From assembly GCA_963751005.1 (NCBI GenBank), contig CAVVSY010000004.1:384502-448501 (forward strand): a DNA stretch of 64,000 bases, read 5' to 3'. The DNA is from an uncultured bacterium (GTDB lineage Bacteria; Actinomycetota; Acidimicrobiia; Spongiisociales; ZC4RG35). The notes beneath the pieces are model-generated. The model did not search any database. It worked only from the letters and a program-made list of their open reading frames with translations, and had not been told where the DNA came from. A program made the position numbers and the translations under genes. Shown one piece after another: positions 56,243-64,000 of this stretch (positions within the stretch are counted from its first letter, which is position 1; every line of letters begins with the position of its first letter).

Positions 56243-56947
56243 TCAGCCCAGCGGCCGGCACACCTCGCAGGGGGCGTACCCCGCCACCCGGGCGGCCTCG
56301 GCGCTCCTGAAGCCGATCCTCTGCCCTGTGCTGGAGCGCACCACCCGGCACGTGGGGTGGCAATAGACGAGAGTCGCCGGGTCGCCCTGGAGCCTGATGT
56401 GATGGCTGGCCATGTCCTCGAGCCAGACCGGGCTTGCGCCCTCATGTTCGAGAAGCTCCACCTTGTTGTGGGGGCCGCCCAGGGAGTAGTTCCCGATGTG
56501 GCCATCCGTGCGCACCACCCGATGACATGGGATGATCAGCGGGATGGGGTTGCGGGCAACCGCCGAACCGACGGCGCGAACCGCATTGGGACGGTCGACC
56601 TCGCGTGCCACCCAGCCATAGGGACGGACCTCGCCCTTGGGGATGGTCGCCGTGGTGAGCAGCACCTGGCGCTGGAAGCCGGTGACGGACCGGAGGTCGA
56701 CCGGGAGCTGTCCGGGGGTCCCCTTCTCGATGGCCTCGGGGATGTGGCTTCGCCAGGCCGCAGGGGCCTCGGCCCTGATGAGGCGACGCCCTCCGAACCG
56801 CTGACGATGGCGGGTCTCGAAGTCGTCCGCGATGTCGAGGAACGAGACACCCTCCGGGTTGAAGGCGACGACGACCTCTCCGATGGCCGACTCGTAGACG
56901 TCGTATCCGTCGGCGAGGCCCGTGCCCAGGGCGACCCCCTCGCTCAT
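56243..56947 (-). CDS. ogt: O6-methylguanine-DNA methyltransferase (Ogt/MGMT) fused to a C-terminal Ada-type zinc-binding (methylphosphotriester-sensing) domain
   Basis: Intact 234 aa. MGMT active site IPCHRVV plus HTH. C-terminal ...[13 protein letters not shown]...[21 protein letters not shown] resembles the Ada_Zn_binding Cys4 pattern (CxxxC...CxxC). Confidence 0.85.
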   Translation of the reverse strand: MSEGVALGTGLADGYDVYESAIGEVVVAFNPEGVSFLDIADDFETRHRQRFGGRRLIRAEAPAAWRSHIPEAIEKGTPGQLPVDLRSVTGFQRQVLLTTATIPKGEVRPYGWVAREVDRPNAVRAVGSAVARNPIPLIIPCHRVVRTDGHIGNYSLGGPHNKVELLEHEGASPVWLEDMASHHIRLQGDPATLVYCHPTCRVVRSSTGQRIGFRSAEAARVAGYAPCEVCRPLG

Positions 56948-56995
56948 GCCCGCCGGGCATGGGACCGGTGAGTAGCTCCAGTTGTGATTCGATGG

Positions 56996-57514
56996 TCATG
57001 ACTCTTCCTCCATGATCTGTCTGAGACGGCTCAAGCCGCGATGGATGTCTGCTTTGACGGTGCCTTCTGGTCGTCCGGTGACCTCGGCGATCTCGGCCGT
57101 CCCGAGACCGGCGATGTGCCGCAACACGACGGCGGCGCGTTGATGGGCGTTGAGCCGGGACAGACGGCCGTCCCAGGCCGCTTCGTCGATTGGTTCCGGA
57201 TCGTCAGCTCCCGAGTCGACCTTCAGCTCCACATAGGTGGGACGACGGGAGCGATCGCGCAGATGGTTGCGTCCCAGATTCATGGCGATGGTCCACAGCC
57301 AGGGACGCAACTGCAATTCGAGGATGCGCTCACGCTCGTATCCGTCGAGGGCGCGGTAGGCCCTGATGAACGTCTCTTGGGTCAAGTCCTCCGCCTCCTG
57401 GTGGTCGCCGCAGAGTCGGCGCAGACCCCAGAACACCTGGCTCCCCATGGTCTCGACCACGAGGGGAAATGCCGTGTCGAGATCACGCGCCAGGTCGTCG
57501 ATGAGAGCCTCCAT
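56996..57514 (-). CDS. ECF-subfamily RNA polymerase sigma-70 factor
   Basis: Region 2 (…DLTQETFIRAYRALDGYE…) and region 4 HTH (…AVVLRHIAGLGTAEIAEVTGRPEGTVKADIHRGLSRLR). The ORF extends to 57556, but the MEALIDDL start at 57514 leaves a plausible divergent promoter region. Confidence 0.85.
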   Translation of the reverse strand: MEALIDDLARDLDTAFPLVVETMGSQVFWGLRRLCGDHQEAEDLTQETFIRAYRALDGYERERILELQLRPWLWTIAMNLGRNHLRDRSRRPTYVELKVDSGADDPEPIDEAAWDGRLSRLNAHQRAAVVLRHIAGLGTAEIAEVTGRPEGTVKADIHRGLSRLRQIMEEES

Positions 57515-57574
57515 CACAGGAAGGAACCCCCATTCGGCACATCCGGTTGCACCCATGGCACCGTACCTATATTT

Positions 57575-58265
57575 GTGAACGTGGCAATACCCGACATCGA
57601 CGTCTCCCTGGCTCGGGCCGAGACGGCTCTAGCCGAAGGGCGGCCGCTGGTGGGGACGGGGTTCTGGTCCGCCGTCGATCAGGTGAAACGACACCCCGAT
57701 CTCGTCGAGGCGCACGCCGATCGGATCGGTGTGATCGACCGTGAGGCGTTCGAGAGATGGGCGGTGCTCACCGTCCCCATCGGCCTGGGAACCATGTTGA
57801 TGGTGCTGGCGACGGTCCTCGGAGTCGCACTCGTCGGTCTGGCCTATCTCCCCGAGGAGTGCGATCCTGGCAACGATCGTCTTCTTCGTCGGTCTCGGGG
57901 TACTCCTGGTGTCTACCCATGGTCTCGCCCATCTGATCGTGGGTCGCAGCTCGGGGATGAGGTTCACCCATTGGTTCATCGGGAAGCTGGTGCAGCCTCA
58001 GCCCGGGGTGAAAGTCGACTACGCCAGCTATCTACGGACGCCGGCGCGGTCCCGTGCCGTGATGCATGCCGCCGGGGCGGTGACCACCAAGTTCATCCCG
58101 TTCCTTCTCATCGGAGCGGCGGTCGCCGCAGGGCTCCCTGATTGGGCGGTGTGGGCGCTTCCGGTGATCGGCGTGGTGATGATCGTCATCGACGTGGCAT
58201 GGTCGACCAAGAAGTCGGACTGGGCCAAGTACCGCAGGGAGATGGAGTTCGCTCAGGAACCCTGA
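57575..58265 (+). CDS. Hypothetical polytopic membrane protein (divergent from the ECF sigma gene); one frameshift
   Basis: TM segments VLTVPIGLGTMLMVLATVLGVALVGLAY, FFVGLGVLLVSTHGLAHLIVG, FLLIGAAVAAGLPDWAVWALPVIGVVMIVIDVAW. GTG start. Confidence 0.5.
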
Positions 58266-58630
58266 TCCTGCTGCGGGATGGACCCGTCGGTCTGGTGCAT
58301 CTCGTCGTGGGCGGCGACCAGGCTCTCGAAGTTCGATGGGTCCTCGACATCGATTGCGATCAAGTGGCGGGTGCGCGGGCCATCCTCGATGTCGAAGTCA
58401 CGGGCGCGGCGCAGCAGGGCGGCGGCGGCGTCGTCGATACGACGGTGCTGGGCCATGTGGTCCTCCCAGCTCTGCAAGACCATCAGCTCGGTGACTCGTG
58501 TCGGCTCCGACGTGTTGCGAAAGAGACGCCACCGATAGGCCCCGGTGCTCAGCCGAACCAGTCTCACCTCGTTCATCACTCTGGTGAACTCGACGAAGTC
58601 AGACTCGGCGATCTTCCAGGTGTTGAGGAC
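58253..58630 (-). CDS. Small ABM/Dabb-like or DUF domain protein (possibly a C-terminal extension of the MFS gene)
   Basis: ...MVLNTWKIAESDFVEFTRVMNEVRLVRLSTGAYRWRLFRNTSEPTRVTELMVLQSWEDHMAQHRR.... Whether it is separate from the MFS gene cannot be decided. Confidence 0.4.
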   Translation of the reverse strand, partial: VLNTWKIAESDFVEFTRVMNEVRLVRLSTGAYRWRLFRNTSEPTRVTELMVLQSWEDHMAQHRRIDDAAAALLRRARDFDIEDGPRTRHLIAIDVEDPSNFESLVAAHDEMHQTDGSIPQQDQGS

Positions 58631-58639
58631 CATCACCGG

Positions 58640-59918
58640 CCCACCCTCGAAGGTCTCGTCGTCGTCGTGGGTCGGCACCGAGACCTCGGTGAACTCGGGA
58701 GTCACCACGGCATCGACGTGGGGCACGTTGAAACGGGGGGCGAACAGGCCCAAGGCGACGGCACCGGTGGAGAAGACGCAGCAACGACCCGGGAGTGCCC
58801 ACCTGGTCGGCGAGTGAGCCCGGCGAGGATCGACCCGATGGGGATCACTCCGGCGAAGGCCAGGGAGTAGATGGACATCGCCCGGCCCCGGATCCACGAC
58901 GGCGACATCAACTGCGCCGTGGCGTTGAGGGTTGCCAGCGTCAGCAGCCAGAACAGCCCGGCCAGGAACATGGCCAGCCCTCCGACCAGGACGTTCGGCG
59001 CCAGTCCGAGCAGGATGCCGGATGCTCCGAAGAGGGTGATCGTGTACGGGACCCAGGAGCCTTCCACCCATTTGCTCGAGCCGGGGTCGGAGCAACACAC
59101 CGAAGAGGGCGCCCACGCCCATGGCTCCGTACAAGACCCCGAAGGCCAACCTCCCCGCCACCCGAGATAGAGCGGTGTGCACCGGGAGCACCGACTGGAC
59201 GACGGCCGAAGTCGATGCGAAGAGCGAGACCAGGGCCAGGAGGTTGCGGAAGGAGGGGGTGAACCTGGCGAAGCGCAGCCCGGTCGAGATCGCCGATCGC
59301 ATCGAGCGCGAGGCCTCCTTGGCGGTGCCGGCGAGGCTGCGGCCCGATGACGATCAGGGCGACGATGATCGCCCACGTAGGACAGGGCGTTGAAGGCGAA
59401 TCCGGCCTCGGCTCCGTAGACGGCGACGAGGACGCCCCCGAAGGCGGGGCCGATGGCGCGCGCGGCGTTGAAGGCGGCCGAGTTGAGCGCCACCGCCGAG
59501 GTCACGAGGTTCCGCGGCACGAGGTCGGGCACCAAGCGCCTGCCAGGAGGGGAGGTTGAGGGCGAAACCCGTCCCGAGGATCAGACCGAGGGCGAGGAGG
59601 AGAGCCGGCGTCATCAAGTCGAGGAAGGTGAGCACCGCCATCGCCGCCGCCGCACCCACCCATGACGGTTTGGGCGATGAGCATCAGCTTGGCCCGGTTG
59701 AAACGGTCGGCGAGGGCGCCGGCGGTGAGGGAGAAGAAGAGAAGGGGCAGAGTCGACGAGGCCACGATCAGACCCACCCATGTGTTCGAGCCGGTGAGCT
59801 CGAACATCAGCCACGAGGCGGCCACGGTCTGGACGAACGTGCCCGATGAGGACAAGACGTTGCCGGCCCAGAGCCAGCGGAAGTTGGGGTACCTGAGTGG
59901 CTCGACCGCCGACGACAT
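58640..59918 (-). CDS. MFS transporter (EntS/YbdA-like efflux family); two or more frameshifts
   Basis: N-terminus MSSAVEPLRYPNFRWLWAGNVLSSSGTFVQTVAASWLM.... Further TM blocks in the 58702..59535 and 58253..59302 frames. Confidence 0.7.
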
Positions 59919-59945
59919 TTCGGCAGCGTAGGCGTGGCCTAGGTT

Positions 59946-60586
59946 ATGTCCGTGGTGCGTGACCTCGCCTATTTCGTCTCCGGAGACGCCGGAAAGGGCC
60001 CCGGCGTGCTCCTCCTCCACTCGCTGTGGGGCCTCACCTCTTCGGTGAAAGGGCTCTGTGATTCACTGGCCGACGAGGGGTTCACGGTCCTCGCCCCCGA
60101 CATCAACTTCGGCGAGCTGCCCGCCACCGAGGCGGAGGGCATCGACCGGCTCGGTGAGGCGAGCCCCGATCGTCTCGCTGCCCTGGTCCTGACGACGGCA
60201 CGTCTCGTCGATGCGCAGTCGGCGCCTGGCCCGATCGGCATCGTCGGGTTCGGGATGGGCGGGTCGCTGGCCTTGTGGGCATCGGTGCGGCTGCCCGAGG
60301 TGGTCGCGGCGACCGTTTCGTTCTACGGCACACAGCAGATCGACTTCGCCGGGTCGAAATCGTCGTACCTCGTCCACTTCGCCGAAGAGGATCGAGTACA
60401 TCACCGACGACGAGGCCGCGTTCATGGAGGCGACGATCGGGCTGGAGTCGTTGCCGATGGACGATCATCACCTATGCCGGGACCAAGCACGGGTTCTGTG
60501 AGCCGGACGGGTCGACATTCGACCCCGACGCCTTCGAGAAGGCATGGGAGCGGACCGTTGAGTTCCTCCACAGCACGCTCGGCTAG
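59946..60586 (+). CDS. Dienelactone hydrolase-family protein; two frameshifts
   Basis: ...GPGVLLLHSLWGLTSSVKGLCDSLADEGFTVLAPD...VGFGMGGSLAL.... C-terminus ...YAGTKHGFCEPDGSTFDPDAFEKAWERTVEFL. Confidence 0.7.
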
Positions 60587-60735
60587 CAGATGCCCCTTTC
60601 CGGCAACGACGGGACTTTGACGTCTCGTGGTACCTAAGGTTCGGGGTGTGACGACGACCACCGGCGAGACCCGTCTCAGCCCCAATGTGACCCATTCGCT
60701 GCTCGTCTCCCTGGCAGCCCGGGTGGCGACCGCGG

Positions 60736-62232
60736 GTGACCGTGCAGGGCCGCCCCATCGTCGCCCCTTTCACCGACACCGAGCTGGTCACGGTCCCCGA
60801 TGCCACCCCGGTCGACGTGATGAACGCCGTCGACCGGGCCAGGGCGGCGCAAAAGGAGTGGGCACGTCGCCCTCTCGCTTCGAGGATGGGGATCCTCTCC
60901 CGGTTTCACGATCTGGTCATCGACCACGACGACATCGCCCTCGACATCATCCAACTCGAGGCGGGCAAGGCCCGGATCCCGTCGGCGGAGGAGGTCTACG
61001 ACACCGTCGCCACCACCCACTACTACCTGAAGACGGCGCCCGGCCTCCTCCGGAGGAGACGGCGTGCGGTGTCGTTCCCCGGATTCACGACCACCTACGA
61101 GTACCAGCATCCGGTCGGGGTGGTCGGCTGCATCAGCCCGTGGAACTTTCCCTTCACATTGGCCATCTCCGATGTGATCCCTGCCCTGCTCGCCGGCAAT
61201 GCGGTGGTGGTCAAACCCGACGAGAAGACTCCGCTTTCGGCTTTGTACGCCCACGCCCTGCTCGAGGAGGCTGGTCTGCCCCCCGAAGTGCTCCAGATCG
61301 TGACAGGCCCCGGCGAGGTGCTCGGCCCGCCGCTGATCGATGCGGTCGACTACGTCATGTTCACCGGGTCCACCGCGGTTGGGCGTCTGGTCGCCGGTCG
61401 CGCCGCAGAGCGTCTCATCGGCTCGTCGCTGGAGCTCGGCGGCAAGAACGCCACCCTGGTCCTCGCCGATGCCGACCTGGACAAGACCATCGCCGGGATC
61501 TCACGAGCGGTGTATGCCAATGGTGGCCAGTTGTGCATCGCAGTCGAGCGGATCTACGTCGACGAGACGATCCGCCACGAGTTCACCGACCGATTCGTGG
61601 AGCACACCCGTGGTCTGGAGATGACCACTGCATTCGATTTCTCCTCATCCCTCTCCTCGATGGTCACGAGGGAGCACATGGAGGCGGTGCATGCCCACGT
61701 CGAGGATGCCGTGGCCAATGGGGCGACTCTGCTCACAGGGGGAAAGCCCCGTCCCGATATCGGCCCCTACTTCTACGAGCCGACGGTGCTCACCGATGTC
61801 GACGATGCCATGGACCTCTGCCGAGCCGAGACCTTCGGCCCCGTGGTGTCGATCTACGGGTTCGAAGACGCCGAGTCGGCCATCGCCATGGCCAACGACT
61901 CCGAGTTCGGGCTCAACTTCAGCGTCTGGACCAGGGACACCGGCCGTGGTGTCGACATCGCCAGTCGGTTGGCCGCGGGCACGGTCGGGGTCAACGACGG
62001 GTACGCCGCCGCCTGGTCCTCGTATGACGCCCCGATGGGAGGGATGAAGGCCTCCGGTCTCGGCCGCCGCCATGGCGCCGCCGGGCTGCTCAAGTTCACC
62101 GAGTCCCAGACGGTCTCAGTGCAGAAGATCGGGCCCGCTTTCGCTCCCCTGGGGGGTCTGGACTATCCGACCTACCTGAGTCTGCTGGGACGGGTCCTCA
62201 AACTGCTCAAACGCATCCCCTTCTACAAGTAG
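60736..62232 (+). CDS. NAD(P)-dependent aldehyde dehydrogenase (succinate-semialdehyde-DH-like)
   Basis: Intact 498 aa. ...ISPWNFPF..., catalytic LELGGKNATLV and GQLCIAVERIYV. Confidence 0.9.
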   Translation: MTVQGRPIVAPFTDTELVTVPDATPVDVMNAVDRARAAQKEWARRPLASRMGILSRFHDLVIDHDDIALDIIQLEAGKARIPSAEEVYDTVATTHYYLKTAPGLLRRRRRAVSFPGFTTTYEYQHPVGVVGCISPWNFPFTLAISDVIPALLAGNAVVVKPDEKTPLSALYAHALLEEAGLPPEVLQIVTGPGEVLGPPLIDAVDYVMFTGSTAVGRLVAGRAAERLIGSSLELGGKNATLVLADADLDKTIAGISRAVYANGGQLCIAVERIYVDETIRHEFTDRFVEHTRGLEMTTAFDFSSSLSSMVTREHMEAVHAHVEDAVANGATLLTGGKPRPDIGPYFYEPTVLTDVDDAMDLCRAETFGPVVSIYGFEDAESAIAMANDSEFGLNFSVWTRDTGRGVDIASRLAAGTVGVNDGYAAAWSSYDAPMGGMKASGLGRRHGAAGLLKFTESQTVSVQKIGPAFAPLGGLDYPTYLSLLGRVLKLLKRIPFYK

Positions 62233-62234
62233 GG

Positions 62235-62769
62235 CTACCAGGCGGGCCCGACGAGGTCGATCTCGCCGTCGAGCGGGGCAGCACCGTTGAGGTCTCCCAC
62301 CATCACCTCGTTGAACGTGAACACCTCCGGCACCCCGTGCTGGGTCGTGTCCAGCCTGCCTTGGAATCGGCGCCATCCCAGACCGGCGTAGTAGTCGACC
62401 AGGCCGGAACGGCACACCAGCAGGGCGAAGTCTGCGCCCTCGCCGAGCAGGAAGTCGAGGGCGCGCCCCAGGCCCAGTGCGGCATAGCCCCGGCCGCGGT
62501 GATCGGGGTGGGTGGCCACGCCGCCCACTCCGCCGATCGCGGACTGGAGCGCCATTCGCCCTGCCTTCGATCAGCACGACGCCGGTATAGGAGACCAGCT
62601 GGCCATGGTCTCGGACGAAGACTCCCCACTGCGGCCGACGCCACTCGCGAGCCGTCTCGGGATATCCGCCGGGTCGCTCGGGATAGACCGCCGCTTTCAT
62701 CGCGCTCAGGTCGGCCCGTTCCCGATCGGTGAACTCGGCGACCGGTTTCAGCTCGACACCGACACTCAT
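62235..62769 (-). CDS. GNAT-family acetyltransferase; one frameshift
   Basis: Motif A ...VATHPDHRGRGYAALGLGRALDFL.... Confidence 0.7.
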
Positions 62770-63269
62770 GTCTCGCTCATCTCGGCGAGGTCGGCGGCGA
62801 GGAGGTCGCGCTCCTCGTCGTCGGCGATGGCGGCGAGCATGGCCCGCGCCAGCTGCAGGTGCTCGTCGAAGGTCTCGACATCGTCCACCTCGGCGGCCGC
62901 CCTGGCGATCGCCTCATGGGCGAAACCGATCACGAAAGGGTCGAGCTCGTTCTCGATGGCGATCTCCAACGACCGCTCGCCGAACCGGCGCGCCAGGTCG
63001 GCGTAGCCCAGCACCACGGCGACACGGGACACCTGCCAGTCGGCGATGGCGTGGTTGCGTGCCGTCCCCACCTGGTACCAGTGGTGACGGGAGGCGAGAG
63101 TCGCGGCGAGCATCTCCTCCTCCTGCTCCCGGGTGAGGCCCGTCGCATCGAGCAGCTCCCAGGTCCGGTTGAAGGAGCGTTGGGCAAACAGCCGGTGCCA
63201 GTCCTCGATCTCCGCCGAGGCCGGCTCGGGCCCCGGTTGTGAGGTGGGCTGGGAACTGGGCTCGGTCAT
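62766..63269 (-). CDS. Hypothetical protein
   Basis: Intact 167 aa, no domain recognised. Its stop overlaps the GNAT start. Confidence 0.5.
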   Translation of the reverse strand: MTEPSSQPTSQPGPEPASAEIEDWHRLFAQRSFNRTWELLDATGLTREQEEEMLAATLASRHHWYQVGTARNHAIADWQVSRVAVVLGYADLARRFGERSLEIAIENELDPFVIGFAHEAIARAAAEVDDVETFDEHLQLARAMLAAIADDEERDLLAADLAEMSET

Positions 63270-63319
63270 CGGGTGCTACCTAGTCTTCGCGACGATGAGA
63301 GTCGCAAAGCTACGCCGTC

Positions 63320-64000
63320 TTGTCTGATCACATCGTCGTCGAGGTGGGTGGCGAGGAGGTCAGGATCTCCAGCCCGGGCCGAGTCGTCTTCCCCGACCAG
63401 GGGTGGACCAAGGGCGACGTCGTCGCCCACTTCGTCACGGTGGCCGAAGGCGCGTCACGGGGGATCAGCCGTCGTCCCACCATGCTGAAGCGCTATATGG
63501 AGAACGTGACGGTCGACCCGATCTATCACAAGAGGGCCTCCGACGAACACCCCGTTCGACACCGTCCAGATCAGGTTCCCATCGCAGCGACCCGGTCGGA
63601 TGAACGTCCCGGTGAGCGAGGCCGACGTGATCCGCCTCGTCCAGCTCGGTTGTCTCGACTTCCATCCGTGGCCGGTGCGTTCCGACGACATCGACCACCC
63701 CGACGAGCTCAGGCTGGACTTCGACCCGACGGAAGGCTTCGGATTCGACAAGGTCAAGGAGGCGGCCATGGCGTCGAAGAGCCTCCTCGACGAAGTGGGG
63801 CTGGTCGGCTGGCCCAAGACCTCGGGGAGCAGGGGGATCCACGTCTACGTGCGCATCCACCCCCTGTGGGACTTCTTCCAGACCCGTCGTGCCGTGCTGG
63901 CATTCGCCCGCGAGCTGGAGCGACGAATGGACGGGCTGGTCACGACGAGCTGGTGGAAGGAGGAACGCAACGGTGTCTTCGTCGACTACAACCAGAACGC
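63320..64000 (+). CDS. LigD polymerase/primase domain (NHEJ PolDom) protein, 3'-partial at the window edge; frameshifts
   Basis: ...RVVFPDQGWTKGDVVAHF..., ...ERPGE..., ...GWPKTSGSRGIHVYVRI... (catalytic motif), ...ERNGVFVDYNQN. Confidence 0.7.
   Translation, partial: MSDHIVVEVGGEEVRISSPGRVVFPDQGWTKGDVVAHFVTVAEGASRGISRRPTMLKRYMENVTVDPIYHKRASDEHPVRHRPDQVPIAATRSDERPGERGRRDPPRPARLSRLPSVAGAFRRHRPPRRAQAGLRPDGRLRIRQGQGGGHGVEEPPRRSGAGRLAQDLGEQGDPRLRAHPPPVGLLPDPSCRAGIRPRAGATNGRAGHDELVEGGTQRCLRRLQPER

Overview
This window is a 64-kb, roughly 68% GC stretch of actinobacterial chromosome. The assignment rests on WhiB, HspR with a dnaK-grpE-dnaJ-hspR operon, a GlnA2-type glutamine synthetase, a DevS/DevR-like pair and LigD PolDom. 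It is densely coding and syntenic core genome, not an island. Left to right it holds the following blocks.

- Fe-S cluster assembly genes (mrp/apbC, erpA) and a ridA-ALDH7-methyltransferase operon.
- A cystathionine gamma-synthase-like gene and a 1.2-kb gap with no confident assignment.
- whiB-glnA2-atypical response regulator, then a TetR gene.
- A co-linear phosphate block: ppk, pstSCAB, phoU, a response regulator and a histidine kinase.
- dxs, then two amino-acid ABC transporters (one is aapJQMP-like).
- An envelope cluster: CapA-like, PQQ-type beta-propeller, lipoprotein.
- A PadR-DUF1700-NfeD-SPFH (stomatin) cluster.
- clpB, then a stress/dormancy-like neighbourhood: CBS/BON proteins, PPOX, a GAF histidine kinase with a NarL-type regulator, arsR-AHSA1-VOC and a CsbD-like gene.
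- The hspR-dnaJ-grpE-dnaK heat-shock operon, preceded by a mono-haem cytochrome c.
- An orphan beta-class DNA methyltransferase, msrB, NUDIX, CHAD, tkt, and an ECF sigma factor followed by an Ogt-Ada-Zn fusion.
- MFS, dienelactone hydrolase, an aldehyde dehydrogenase, and a partial LigD polymerase domain at the window edge.

Two global observations matter most. First, about half of the clearly recognisable genes, including dnaK, clpB, tkt, dxs, glnA2, ppk and the pst genes, are split across reading frames, at roughly one frameshift per kb. This pattern looks like indel sequencing error rather than real pseudogenes. CDS coordinates below are therefore gene spans, not single open frames. Second, a family of 45-48-bp near-perfect palindromes (core AGCGTGTGCAGTTGAGGTCGC/GCGACCTCAACTGCACACGCT) sits in at least four intergenic sites, with a fifth partial copy. 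One divergent copy carries compensatory changes in both arms. No rRNA, tRNA, CRISPR array, transposase or integrase was seen.
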